Assembly: GCA_021295965.1 (NCBI GenBank) | Contig: JAGWBI010000001.1 | Span: 11,420 to 75,419 of the forward strand | Direction of reading: 5' to 3' | Length of the DNA stretch: 64,000 nt | Source of the DNA: Dehalococcoidia bacterium | GTDB lineage: Bacteria > Chloroflexota > Dehalococcoidia > Lucifugimonadales > UBA3495 | Shown: in pieces, positions 10,199-20,143 of the stretch | Layout of the letters: each line of letters starts with the position of its first letter | Position numbering within the stretch: the stretch's first letter is position 1 | The notes under the pieces: model-generated | Database searches by the model: none | What the model saw: the letters and a program-made list of their open reading frames with translations, nothing else | Told to the model about the DNA's origin: nothing | Made by a program: the position numbers and the translations under genes

Positions 10199-10990
10199 AT
10201 GAGACTTGATGGCAAGGTAGCGATTGTAACCGGCGGCAGCCGCGGAATTGGCCGCGCCATCTGCCTGGGACTGGGCGACGCCGGGGCCAAGGTAGTCGTG
10301 GCGTCTCGAACCGAAACGGACAGGTCGGCGGGCACCGAGTACGAGAAGTACGGTTCGGGAGACATACGCGATACGGCCGGCCAGATTAATGAGCGCGGCG
10401 GCGCGGCGTTGCCGGTCCGCTGCGACGTTGCGCACCCCGAGGACATACAAAACCTGGTGGCCGCCACGCTGGACCATTTCGGGAGGATCGACATTCTTGT
10501 GTGCAACGCGGGCATGGACTGCGAGTCGCCAGTGGTGGATCTGGACGTGGAGCTGTTGGACCAGTGCCTGGCCGTCAATGTGCGTGGCCCGCTGCTCCTT
10601 TGCAAGTACGCGCTACCGTCCATGATCGCCCGGGGCGAGGGAGGGTCCATTTACTGCGTTACCTCCGGCTCAGCGAGGAACTATCGTGAGGGGCGCGTGG
10701 GTTATTCGATGAGCAAAGCGGCCCTGGAGAGAATGTTTTTCAGCCTGGCCGAGGAGGTCAGACCCCACAATATCGCCGTCAACGTCTTCGAACCCGGGAG
10801 GGTGGACACCTGGATGAACCGGCGGGGGGATTGGCCGGGAACCGCCCACATACCCATGGTCCAACCCGAGGCGCTGGCAGCGCCGGGAGTATGGCTGGCG
10901 GGCCAAACGGCAGAGACTTTGACCGCCGAGTTGGTATCAAGGGCCGAATTCGGCGTCACCTGGGGTCCGATTGCCGAGGCGACGGAGTGA
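10199..10990 (+). CDS. SDR family oxidoreductase
   Basis: MRLDGKVAIVTGGSRGIGRAI (TGxxxGxG), NAG, and YSMSKAA (YxxxK). Confidence 0.85.
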   Translation: MRLDGKVAIVTGGSRGIGRAICLGLGDAGAKVVVASRTETDRSAGTEYEKYGSGDIRDTAGQINERGGAALPVRCDVAHPEDIQNLVAATLDHFGRIDILVCNAGMDCESPVVDLDVELLDQCLAVNVRGPLLLCKYALPSMIARGEGGSIYCVTSGSARNYREGRVGYSMSKAALERMFFSLAEEVRPHNIAVNVFEPGRVDTWMNRRGDWPGTAHIPMVQPEALAAPGVWLAGQTAETLTAELVSRAEFGVTWGPIAEATE

Positions 10991-11131
10991 CATCCGGGCT
11001 TGAATACCGACGCTCCTCGGCATCGGGCCTTGGCCCGAAACTTCCGGGGCAACCACCGGCGTGACAGGTAAATTCGACCCATCGGAACGGAAGCGACCGA
11101 GGGTCAATATCGACAAATAAAGCGGGGCAGC

Positions 11132-11464
11132 ATGGCGATCTATCGAATTTATTCCGACGACGACGGCGAAAGCCACATTGAGGACCTGAAGTTGGAGGAA
11201 CACCCGGAGCTTGGGGCGCTGATCAATGTGTCCGAAGTGCGTGTGCAGGAGTTCGACGGGTCACGCCAAATGGACTTTCACCCGCTGCCCGAACGACGGC
11301 TGATCATTCATCTGTCCGGCGAGGTGGAAATAGGGGCCAGCGACGGCGCGAAGCGGGTGCTGCGGGCCGGGGATATCCGGCTGATGGAGGACGTCACCGG
11401 CAAGGGGCATTCCCACCACGACCTGACCCCTTCAGGCGCAGTGTACATCCTGCTGGATGACTGA
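11132..11464 (+). CDS. Small hypothetical protein, possibly cupin-like
   Basis: 110-aa ORF in otherwise ORF-free DNA. The beta-rich pattern with GDIRLMEDVTGKGHSHH resembles single-domain cupins. The function call is weak. Confidence 0.4.
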   Translation: MAIYRIYSDDDGESHIEDLKLEEHPELGALINVSEVRVQEFDGSRQMDFHPLPERRLIIHLSGEVEIGASDGAKRVLRAGDIRLMEDVTGKGHSHHDLTPSGAVYILLDD

Positions 11465-11477
11465 TCGACGCCACGCC

Positions 11478-14400
11478 TTACGTTGCGATGGTCGGAATGT
11501 CCAAGTCACGTACCAGGTTGGCAAATTGGGCCACGTCCTCATCTATAACTTGTTGTAGGGCGACCAATTGCCGGTCGATGTCGGCGGAGATGTAGTCGAA
11601 AACCTCAAACGCCTGTCGGGTCGGCGCAAAGTCGGCGTTGGCGACCACGGCGGTTAGTTCCGCCAGCTTGCGGTTCAGCCGCACCGGCAGATCCAACCGG
11701 TCGCGGGCGCCCCGGTACGCCGACTGGATCAGCCGGTCCTCAATCTCCTTTAATTTCCCTTTCACGTCCTCCGCTGCATCCGCTACGGTCTGCTCGGAGG
11801 GATGTCCCTCGGCTCGGTTCATCCATTGGTCCACCTGCTGGCGGACCCGGCGCAGTTGGTTGATGCCGTCGTGGGTCTCCGACACCCGGTCGCGAATTTG
11901 GATCAGGAACTGGAACTGAGCATCGAGATCATCCTGGCTGGCCGCGACGCGGGGGTCTTTGACGATACGGAATTCCCGGGTCTGGAATTCGTCACCCACT
12001 TGAAGCGTCACCTGGTAAGTTCCCGGTGACGCCAGAGGGCCAACGAGGGCGTCCTCGGTCGTCTTGTCTTCGGGCACCTTGCGGGCCGGCTGGTGGCGCA
12101 TATTCCATACGAAGCGGTTCATGCCCGTCTCGGCCGGCGCCCGGGGTTCCGTGGCATCTTCTTCGGCCTCCGGGGGATTGCTGGAGAAGCTCTGTATGGT
12201 CTGACCACTCTGGTCCAGGATGCTCAGGGTTACCTCTTCGGGAGCATCCTTGAGATAGTAGTGGACCAGCACCCCGTCGGGTGGGTTCTCCCCAGCATCC
12301 CAGAACTTTCGCACCGTCTCGCCCCATTGGCCTTGCGACTCGCTGTACGTTACGTCCGCGCCCAGCCCGGCCCGGTAACTCTTGCCCTCGGTGGGCTTCC
12401 TATTCCGGAAGGGCGACCGGACCCGGTAGGTGTCCCGGGGTTGGAGCAAGGTGAAAGGCTGATCCGCCATCGTCGGCGTGAGTTGGCGCAGTTGGGTCAG
12501 GTCATCCAAAATCCAGAACGACCGTCCGTGGGTGGCGGCAATGAGGTTGCCGTCCTTGATTGCCAGGTCATAAACCGGAACGACCGGGAGATTGGCCCGC
12601 AGCGGCTGCCACGACTCCCCCTGGTTGAAAGACACGTAAACTCCGGTCTCGGTGCCGGCGTAGAGCTGGCCCGGGCGCGCGGGGTCCTCCCGTACCACTC
12701 GGGTGTAATCACCGTCAGGCAGGCCGGCGGTGATTGACGTCCAGGTCTGGCCGAAATCGGTGGTCTTATAGAGCATCGGGCGGGTGTCGTCCAGCTTGTA
12801 GCGAGTGGCCGCGATGTAGGCGGTGGCCGGGTCGTGGGGAGAGACCTCGATCATGCAGATGAGTGTCCAATCCGGTAGGTCGTCCGGCGTAACGGCGTCC
12901 CATGTTGCGCCGCCGTCGCGGGACAGGTGTACCAGCCCGTCGTCGGAGCCGGCCCAGAAGACCCCCGCCTCGTGGGGAGATTCCACAAAGGCGAAGATAG
13001 TCGCGTAAACCTCCGCTCCGGAGGTGTCCTTGGTGATGGGCCCGCCCGAAGGTTCCAGGGTGGTCGGGTCGTGCCGGGTCAGGTCGGGGCTGATCGCTTC
13101 CCAGGTAGTGCCCAGGTCGGCGCTGCGGAACACCACGTTGCCGGCGACGAAAAGGGTTCGCGGGTCGTGGGGCGAGAACGTAATGGGGTAGGTCCACTGG
13201 AAGCGGTACTTCATATCCTTGGCGCCCCAGCCGGTGTACAGTTCCGGCCATACCGTGATGATCCGCACCTGCCCGGTGGAATGATCATAGTGCAGGAGAT
13301 TGCCGCCGCCGCCCGCCGAGCTGCCAATGGCCCCGGATATAACGGTGTTGGGATCCTCCGGGTGGACCGCGATATGGCCGCTTTCCGAGTTTCCGACGAC
13401 GTAACAATCGCCCCAGGGGATGGCTCCCTTGTGGGTGCGCGAAGGCACGCTGATGGCGGTGTTATCCTGCTGCGTTCCGTAAACTCGGTGAGGAAACTGG
13501 TTGTCGGTGGTCAGGTGGTAGAACTGGGCCGTGAGCTGGTTGTAGATGCTGGACCAGGTCTCCCCGCCGTTGAAGGAGACACACGCGCCGCCGTCATTGC
13601 CCTCAATCATCCGCAGCGGATTGCTGGGGTCGATCCAAAGGTCGTGGTCGTCTCCGTGGGGCGTGGTTACACGGTTGAAGTTGCGTCCGCCGTCAACGGA
13701 CTTCCAGCACTGGTAGTTGAGTATCCAGACCGTGTCCGCGTCCTGTGGGTCGGCGAAGACGTGCTGGTAGTACCAGGGACGCCCCTGCAAGTCCCGGTTG
13801 TCGCTGACCAACTCCCAGGCATCTCCGCCGTTGTCGGAACGGTACAGGCCGCAGTCCTCGGCCTCGATGGTGGCCCACACTCGCCCCGGCTTGGCGGGAG
13901 ATACGGCGACGCCGATGCGCCCCTTGAGGCCGCCGGGCAGGCCGGGGTTGCCGGTGATATCGGTCCAGGTGTCGCCGCCGTCCACCGACTTGAAGATGCC
14001 GCTCTCCGGCCCGCCGCTGATGAGGCTCCAAGGGGTACGCCTGGTCTCCCAGATGGCGGCGTAGAGGATGCGGGGGTTGTTGGGGTCGAGGGACAGGTCC
14101 GCCGCCCCGGCATTCTCGCTACGGAACAGGATCTTCTCCCAGGTGTTCCCTCCGTCCCTGGAGCGGAAAACTCCCCGCTCGTCGTTGGGGCCGTAGGCGT
14201 GGCCCAGGGCCGCGACGTACACCAGGTCGGGGTCGGCGGGATGCACTCGCACCCGGGAGATGTGCCGGGTGTCGGACAGGCCCATGTTGGCCCAGGTCTG
14301 ACCGCCGTCGGTGGACCGGTACACCCCGTCACCGTAGGTCACGTCCCCGCGGATGCAGGACTCGCCCATGCCGGCGTAAATCACGTTGGGGTCGGAAGGG

Positions 14401-14663
14401 GCGACTGCGATGGCCCCCACCGAGGCGGTGTTTAAGTGGCCGTCGGAGACGTTTTCCCAATAGGTCCCGCCGTCGGTGGTTTTCCATACCCCGCCGGCGC
14501 ACGCGCCGAAGTAGAACACCATGGGGTTGACTGGGTCGCCAGTCACCGCCACCACCCGTCCGCCCCGGGGCGGGCCGATGCAGCGCCATCGGGCTGCGCC
14601 CAGCAGTTCCTGGGGTAGAAAAGGAGACGGGGCCTGTTCTTGCCGAGTTGCACTCGTCGTCAT
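11478..14663 (-). CDS. BNR/Asp-box repeat, sortilin/VPS10-like beta-propeller protein
   Basis: 1061 aa with repeated S-x-D-x-G-x-T-W Asp-boxes (TTDGGTYW, STDGGQTW, SRDGGNTW, SVDGGDTW, SDNGGDAW, SFNGGETW, SADLGTTW, SRDGGATW, TTDFGQTW). Confidence 0.7.
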   Translation of the reverse strand: MTTSATRQEQAPSPFLPQELLGAARWRCIGPPRGGRVVAVTGDPVNPMVFYFGACAGGVWKTTDGGTYWENVSDGHLNTASVGAIAVAPSDPNVIYAGMGESCIRGDVTYGDGVYRSTDGGQTWANMGLSDTRHISRVRVHPADPDLVYVAALGHAYGPNDERGVFRSRDGGNTWEKILFRSENAGAADLSLDPNNPRILYAAIWETRRTPWSLISGGPESGIFKSVDGGDTWTDITGNPGLPGGLKGRIGVAVSPAKPGRVWATIEAEDCGLYRSDNGGDAWELVSDNRDLQGRPWYYQHVFADPQDADTVWILNYQCWKSVDGGRNFNRVTTPHGDDHDLWIDPSNPLRMIEGNDGGACVSFNGGETWSSIYNQLTAQFYHLTTDNQFPHRVYGTQQDNTAISVPSRTHKGAIPWGDCYVVGNSESGHIAVHPEDPNTVISGAIGSSAGGGGNLLHYDHSTGQVRIITVWPELYTGWGAKDMKYRFQWTYPITFSPHDPRTLFVAGNVVFRSADLGTTWEAISPDLTRHDPTTLEPSGGPITKDTSGAEVYATIFAFVESPHEAGVFWAGSDDGLVHLSRDGGATWDAVTPDDLPDWTLICMIEVSPHDPATAYIAATRYKLDDTRPMLYKTTDFGQTWTSITAGLPDGDYTRVVREDPARPGQLYAGTETGVYVSFNQGESWQPLRANLPVVPVYDLAIKDGNLIAATHGRSFWILDDLTQLRQLTPTMADQPFTLLQPRDTYRVRSPFRNRKPTEGKSYRAGLGADVTYSESQGQWGETVRKFWDAGENPPDGVLVHYYLKDAPEEVTLSILDQSGQTIQSFSSNPPEAEEDATEPRAPAETGMNRFVWNMRHQPARKVPEDKTTEDALVGPLASPGTYQVTLQVGDEFQTREFRIVKDPRVAASQDDLDAQFQFLIQIRDRVSETHDGINQLRRVRQQVDQWMNRAEGHPSEQTVADAAEDVKGKLKEIEDRLIQSAYRGARDRLDLPVRLNRKLAELTAVVANADFAPTRQAFEVFDYISADIDRQLVALQQVIDEDVAQFANLVRDLDIPTIAT

Positions 14664-14888
14664 CGTAGCACCTGCCCATTCAAGGTCTGCACCTGCCGGG
14701 GAGTCCTGATACCCGCCGTCCTGGCGGACGCTCCCAGGGCAATTATCTTCTTGCGCACCGAAGCGTGTCGAGGGATTATACGTTTCGCCTGTCCTCCGGC
14801 ATCAACGCCGACAGCGGGAGCTTGTCCAGACACCATTTGGGCAGCGGGACTTCCCTCTCGATAGCAGGCGTCGTAAATCCCCGGCAGC

Positions 14889-16232
14889 TCACCCTCGACT
14901 CACCGCTTCCTGGCCCAGCACACTCATCAGCCGGCTCACGTCGTCAAGACCATCCAAGTTTTCGAGCATCTCAAGCACCTGCTCGGTGTCGGCTTCGGAG
15001 CGGGCACGGCGGAAGCAGTCGCGTACCTTCGCGAGGAGCTGGTCCCGGGACATGGGGTTGGACACTGATCCGGTAAACGCGGAGCATTCGGCGCTGACGG
15101 TGGTTCCGCCTTTTAGTACGGCCGTGGCGAGGGTTGCGCCCGATTCGGGGCCTTCGGGTTCCACCCGCATCCGGCCCAGCATATCCTCCATGTCGGGAGA
15201 AAAGCGGCGCGCGTCGGTGAAAGTGTCGATACCCACCTGGCCGTCCAGCAAGGCGGCAGCGGCGCAATATTCCACGCTGAATTTGCCGTCCAGACCGCTG
15301 CGGGGCACCGGCCCCGAATGGCCCCGGCCCCGACGACGAATGGTCACCTGCTCGATGTCGTTGGGATCAAGGTTGTTCTGCTGGCGCAGGTTCAGCGCCG
15401 CTTCAATGGCGTTTTGCATATAGACCTGTGCCGGGAAACGCTTGATGTCGAAACCCGGCTCGATCAGCCGCCAGGACGCGCCCAAACCGCCGGTAGCAAT
15501 GTCCCAGTCAAAATCGCCGCCGAACAGCGCGGCGGCAAAGCCCACCGGGGATTCCAGGGCCTCGTCGCTGGCGGTGTAGCCCATGCTGGCCAGGATTGCC
15601 GACTCGGCGCCCATCCTGGCGGCGTTGCCCGGGTGGGTGGACTTGACCATGGTGCCGGTGTTGGCCGTAAGGCCGCCGGTTCGAGAGGCTGCGATGCCCA
15701 GGGCCATCAGGGTTTGCTCCGCATCCAAGCCCAGGGTCTTGGCCGATGCCGCCGCGCCACCCAGGGGGCCCACCAGCCCGGGCGGGTGATAACCGGGCCT
15801 GGTGGCCGGCGCCGAAGCGGCGCGCAGCCGGCCCTGGATTTCCCAGCCCAACACGTAAGCGGTGACGACATGCTCACCCCCAACGTGGTGATGTTCCGCC
15901 AACGCCAGGGCCGACGGCAAACAGGACGAGGTGCCATGGGTGGGCGGAAACCCTTGTATCTCGTAGTCCAGACAGTGTCCAAAGACACCGTTGGCGAAGG
16001 CGGCAGCCGGCGGGTTGGTCCGGTAACCCCAGCCCACCACCGAGGCTTGGGGCGAACCGCCGGCGTCGCGCACGTAGCGGCCGATGATATCGGCCAAATC
16101 CTGCACTGAACCGGCGACCATGTTGGCCACGCCGTCAAGTATGGCGATTTTGGCGGCTTCCACCACCGGAGCGGGCAGGTCTCGGAAGCCGGTGTCAGCG
16201 ATAAACTCGGCCAAGGTTCGGGTTGCGCTCAT
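14889..16232 (-). CDS. MmgE/PrpD family protein (2-methylcitrate dehydratase-like)
   Basis: N-terminus TLAEFIADTGFRDLPAPVVEAAKIAILDGVANMVAGS and length are typical of MmgE/PrpD. Confidence 0.85.
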   Translation of the reverse strand: MSATRTLAEFIADTGFRDLPAPVVEAAKIAILDGVANMVAGSVQDLADIIGRYVRDAGGSPQASVVGWGYRTNPPAAAFANGVFGHCLDYEIQGFPPTHGTSSCLPSALALAEHHHVGGEHVVTAYVLGWEIQGRLRAASAPATRPGYHPPGLVGPLGGAAASAKTLGLDAEQTLMALGIAASRTGGLTANTGTMVKSTHPGNAARMGAESAILASMGYTASDEALESPVGFAAALFGGDFDWDIATGGLGASWRLIEPGFDIKRFPAQVYMQNAIEAALNLRQQNNLDPNDIEQVTIRRRGRGHSGPVPRSGLDGKFSVEYCAAAALLDGQVGIDTFTDARRFSPDMEDMLGRMRVEPEGPESGATLATAVLKGGTTVSAECSAFTGSVSNPMSRDQLLAKVRDCFRRARSEADTEQVLEMLENLDGLDDVSRLMSVLGQEAVSRG

Positions 16233-16301
16233 GGGTTACCTACCTGATTCTAACGTTGCATACGGAGTATAATGCGCTCAACCAGTTTTGGGGGTGCCCC
16301 T

Positions 16302-16712
16302 ATGGCTAAAATCAAGCACATCGCCATCACTTGCGAGGACCCGGACGCGGTGGCGAAGTTTTACAAAGACGGATTCGATCTCTTCGAGGTCGCCCGCAAC
16401 GCCCGGCAAATCCAGCTTTCCGACGGCGACATCAACCTGACCATCCTCAAGTGGAAAACTAACGAGGACGCCGACGTGGGCCCCAACGGCGAAAACTACG
16501 ACGGCATCCACCACATCGGCTTCCAGGTCGATAACCTGGAGGAAACGGGAGCCAAGCTCCGGGAGATAGACGGACAGGAGATTGTCCGGCGGGAAGTGGC
16601 CGCGGACGGACAGCCGCGCCCGCCCCGCGCCGAGGAAAAGTGGTCCGGTCCCAACGGACAGGTTTTGGACATATCCGAGCCGGGGTGGCTCCACAAATTG
16701 CCCCTGGATTAG
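16302..16712 (+). CDS. VOC (glyoxalase/dioxygenase) family protein
   Basis: MAKIKHIAITCEDPDAVAKFY...GIHHIGFQVDNLEE. Start at 16302. Confidence 0.7.
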   Translation: MAKIKHIAITCEDPDAVAKFYKDGFDLFEVARNARQIQLSDGDINLTILKWKTNEDADVGPNGENYDGIHHIGFQVDNLEETGAKLREIDGQEIVRREVAADGQPRPPRAEEKWSGPNGQVLDISEPGWLHKLPLD

Positions 16713-16776
16713 GGGGCCCATCGTACTGGTGCCGGCTGCGGATCACGCCGCCGTCAAACCGGGGGAGGCGAATTTC

Positions 16777-17223
16777 ATGGAAGCAACTTGCGTCACGCAT
16801 ATCGGAATATGCGTGCGGGACATGGACCGGTCCCTGGCGTTCTATCGGGACATACTGGGAATGACCGTGCTGGGTGACCGCATGACCGACCCCACCGAAG
16901 GCGGTCGCCTCCACAACTACCTGCATCGACGACAGGCTCGCCGCTGGGTCAGCCTTGCCTATGGGGACGGCGCCACGCCGACCCTCACCCTTACCAGCCA
17001 TCCCGGCGACGATCCCGACGGGGAACCCATCAAACTGGACATGGTGGGCATCAGCCATATCTCCTTCGGTGTCGCCAACGTGAAGGCGCTGACTGAGGAA
17101 CTGATCAGCAAGGGCGTTGAGCTGGCCGGCCCGATCGATTCCTTCACCGGCCCTGCTGGAGACATCCGCAGCATCTACGTGTACGACCCCGACGGAATTC
17201 TGGTCCAGTTCAATACTCCGTAA
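16777..17223 (+). CDS. VOC (glyoxalase/dioxygenase) family protein
   Basis: Start MEATCVTHIGICVRDMDRSLAFYRDILGM at 16777 after GGGGGAGG. The second half has ISHISFGVANVKALTEEL. Confidence 0.7.
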   Translation: MEATCVTHIGICVRDMDRSLAFYRDILGMTVLGDRMTDPTEGGRLHNYLHRRQARRWVSLAYGDGATPTLTLTSHPGDDPDGEPIKLDMVGISHISFGVANVKALTEELISKGVELAGPIDSFTGPAGDIRSIYVYDPDGILVQFNTP

Positions 17224-17308
17224 CCAAGGAGTGCATGCTTCCCCTTTCTCCTCGTGCAGGAGGGCAGAATAAGGCTATGTCGATTTCTTTCGCCGGTCAG
17301 CAATTTTA

Positions 17309-18607
17309 ATGCGCCTTCGTAGGCCGGTTCATTACGCCTGGGTAATCGTGGCAATCGCCGCGATGATGGGGTTCATCACCTCTTCGGTCCGGTTCGCGGC
17401 TGCCGCCCTGGTGCCGCATCTCAGCGATCCGGCCGCGGGGTTCGGCTGGAGTTACGGCGCCATCACCCTTGCGTTCAGCCTCCAGTGGATAATCTTCGGG
17501 CTGGCGAGTCCTTATGTGGGATGGCTCGGGGACCGTTACGGAGTTCGCTGGTTCCTGCTGATTGGATCCCTGCTATTCATCGTCGGTATGTTGCTGACCG
17601 GCATCATGAGCAACCTTTGGCAGTTCTATCTCTACTTCGGCGTAATCCTGGGCGTCGCCTCCACCATTTTTACCGTGTTGCCGGTGTCCGGCATCACCCT
17701 GTGGTTCAGGCGCTACCTGGGAGCTGCAATGGGGGTCGTCTGGTCGTTCCAGGGGATTGGCGTCGTTGCGTTCCTTTTTCTGATTGGGGCGGCCTTCAGC
17801 GAGCTCGGGATAAGGTGGATCTTCTGGCTGCCTGGCATGGCGGGAGGGGCTCTGCTGCTCCTCATGGTCAAATTCTTTTACAATGGGCCAGCCGACATAG
17901 GTTTGCGACCATTCGGAGATCTTGGAGATGAACCGATTCAAAGGCCCAGGAGGGACGAATCGTCAAAGGTAAGGGCCAAAGTATTCATTCAACAAGCCAG
18001 GCGCACTGCCACCTTCTGGAACCTCATCGGCATCCACTACTGGGGATGCATGGGCCACCAAATCATCAACGTGCTGGTGGTTGCCATTGCCGTGGACCGC
18101 GGCCTGTCCCTGGGAACAGCCGTCGGAGTGCTGGCAGCCCAGCAGACCGTCGGCGTCGTCGCCCGGGGCGCCGTGCCCGTGGTGGCCGAACGCTACGGCT
18201 GCCGGATCGTCTGGGTCGTCGGTATGGCCCTCCAGGTCTTCCCCCTACTGTTAATTCTCTTTAGCAACGACGTTTGGGCTTATTACCTGTTCGGCATCCT
18301 CTTTGGCATCGGCCAGAGCACCGAAGTGCCCACGTTCCCCATCGCCAATCGACAGTATTACGGAAACGTGCCCCAGGGCAGCCTTTACGGTTGGCAAAGT
18401 CTGGGCAGCGGTCTAGGGATGGGATTGGCCCCCTTGTGCGGCGGGATTCTGTGGGACGTAACGGGCACCTATCTGGCGCCGTTGCTCATGTCCCTCGGGT
18501 TCAGCACGATGGCGCTCATCCAGTCCTGGCTGCTCCCGTCACCACGGGTGAGGCAAATTCCCGACTGGGAGACCCACCTGCCCGCCAACGTGCGGCCGGC
18601 AGGTTAG
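17309..18607 (+). CDS. MFS transporter
   Basis: About 12 predicted hydrophobic helices, with GWLGDRYGVRW between TM2 and TM3 (MFS motif A-like). Confidence 0.8.
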   Translation: MRLRRPVHYAWVIVAIAAMMGFITSSVRFAAAALVPHLSDPAAGFGWSYGAITLAFSLQWIIFGLASPYVGWLGDRYGVRWFLLIGSLLFIVGMLLTGIMSNLWQFYLYFGVILGVASTIFTVLPVSGITLWFRRYLGAAMGVVWSFQGIGVVAFLFLIGAAFSELGIRWIFWLPGMAGGALLLLMVKFFYNGPADIGLRPFGDLGDEPIQRPRRDESSKVRAKVFIQQARRTATFWNLIGIHYWGCMGHQIINVLVVAIAVDRGLSLGTAVGVLAAQQTVGVVARGAVPVVAERYGCRIVWVVGMALQVFPLLLILFSNDVWAYYLFGILFGIGQSTEVPTFPIANRQYYGNVPQGSLYGWQSLGSGLGMGLAPLCGGILWDVTGTYLAPLLMSLGFSTMALIQSWLLPSPRVRQIPDWETHLPANVRPAG

Positions 18608-18724
18608 CGCAGGCTACCAACCTTGTCAGCAGCGACATCTATAAGAACCGGCGATCCACCATCCCGCCCTACGCTTGGTCGGGAACATCCCAACTTCACC
18701 GGCCGATGCTAAAATGCTCGCCAA

Positions 18725-19960
18725 ATGACCGTTTCGAGCGAACAATCAAACGCCGAACCCCTCGGCCCACTCAGCGATTTTAGAGTGTTGGACCTGGCCG
18801 GCCCTATGGGCGTGTACTGCGGCAAGCTGTTGGCCGACATGGGGGCTGACGTTATCAAAATCGAGCCGCCGGGCGGCGACCCCATGCGCGATATTGGCCC
18901 CTTCATAGGTGGCCAGCCCGGCCCCGGCCGCAGCCTGTATTGGCTCCACTTCAATACCAACAAGCGCAGCGTGACTCTCGATATCAGCTCATCTGAAGGC
19001 GCGGCAACGCTGCGTAAGCTCGCCCTCGCTTGCGACGTGCTGCTGGAGACCGGCCCGCCCGGGTACATGGATTCCCTGGGATTGGGATACGACAACCTGG
19101 CGGCGGACTGTCCTGGTCTGGTGTACGCGTCCATCACGCCTTTCGGTCAGACTGGCCCCTATCGTGATTTCAGGGCATCTGACCTGGTGGGCTTTGCCAT
19201 GGGCGGGTACATGTACGTCACCGGCTGGCCCCACACTCCCCCCACCCGGTTGTGGGGGTCCCAGGCCTACCACACCGCCTCCAACCGCGCCTATATCGCC
19301 ATCCTGTTGGCCCTGTACCATCGCGACATGACCGGCGAAGGACAGTACATCGACGTTTCCATGCAGGAGGCGGTGGCCGCCACCACCGAGCACGTTAACA
19401 CCACCTACAACTACACCGGCGAGTCGGCAGTGCGCTGCGGCTTCCGCCACGGCGGCCAGTTCGTCGCCACCTGGCCGTGCAAGGATGGCTACGCCAGCAT
19501 CACTACCAATACCCGCAAGGCATGGGATGACCTGCGGGCGTGGATGGACCGGGACGGCATGGCCGGCGACCTGATGGACGAAAAATACAACGACCACTTC
19601 GTCCTGCGGGGCGAGCATTCGGCTCATATAGAGGTCCTTATCCAGCGATGGGCCATGCTCCACACCCGGCAGGAAATAACCGAGTTCGGCCAGTCCAACC
19701 ACCATCCCTGGGGTCCCGCCGCCACCCCCGATGAAATACCGGAAAACGAACAACTATGGGGCCGTGGATACCTGACAACTTTGGAGGCTCCCGACGGCGG
19801 CCCGTCCATGGTGTATCCGGGCGACCCGTATCGCCTGAGCGAGTTCCCACTCCCGATACGCCGGACGGCTCCCGCACCCGGGGAACATAACGCCGAGGTG
19901 TTTTCCGAAATCCTGGGCCTCTCATCGGAAGATCTGGAACGCCTGTCTGGCCGAGGTTGA
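18725..19960 (+). CDS. CaiB/BaiF family (family III) CoA-transferase
   Basis: LSDFRVLDLAGPMGVYCGKLLADMGADVIKIEPPGGDPMR is the canonical family-III N-terminus. Confidence 0.85.
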   Translation: MTVSSEQSNAEPLGPLSDFRVLDLAGPMGVYCGKLLADMGADVIKIEPPGGDPMRDIGPFIGGQPGPGRSLYWLHFNTNKRSVTLDISSSEGAATLRKLALACDVLLETGPPGYMDSLGLGYDNLAADCPGLVYASITPFGQTGPYRDFRASDLVGFAMGGYMYVTGWPHTPPTRLWGSQAYHTASNRAYIAILLALYHRDMTGEGQYIDVSMQEAVAATTEHVNTTYNYTGESAVRCGFRHGGQFVATWPCKDGYASITTNTRKAWDDLRAWMDRDGMAGDLMDEKYNDHFVLRGEHSAHIEVLIQRWAMLHTRQEITEFGQSNHHPWGPAATPDEIPENEQLWGRGYLTTLEAPDGGPSMVYPGDPYRLSEFPLPIRRTAPAPGEHNAEVFSEILGLSSEDLERLSGRG

Positions 19961-19967
19961 ACGCTCA

Positions 19968-20017
19968 TCGGCATCCTTATGCTGAACCTGTCTCGGCATC
20001 CTTATGCTGAACCTGTC
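19968..20017. repeat. Perfect 2 x 25-bp tandem direct repeat (TCGGCATCCTTATGCTGAACCTGTC)
   Basis: Read directly: unit 1 at 19968-19992, unit 2 at 19993-20017. The last 3 nt (GTC) are the first nt of MITE copy 2. Confidence 0.85.
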
Positions 20018-20114
20018 ATTGCGAGCGCAGCGTGGCAATCTCTACGGGTCATGGTCCGCAGAGTAGCGACGAGATTGCCATCCGCCTGCGGCGGACTGCG
20101 CTCCTCGCAATGAC
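20015..20114. mobile_element. MITE-like palindromic element, copy 2
   Basis: GTCATTGCGAGCGCAGCGTGGCAATCTC ... GAGATTGCCATCC ... CTCCTCGCAATGAC. The first 28 nt are identical to copy 1. Confidence 0.65.
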
Positions 20115-20143
20115 AAATCGCGCGTACCAGAGGTTGCACTACC

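Noticed and set aside
16268-16273. TATAAT hexamers upstream of genes at 16268-16273, 26274-26279 and 31275-31280 as promoters.
   Set aside because: Perfect -10 boxes at sensible distances in GC-rich DNA are suggestive. However, none has a convincing -35 at 16-18 nt or a TGn extension, so I did not list them as features.
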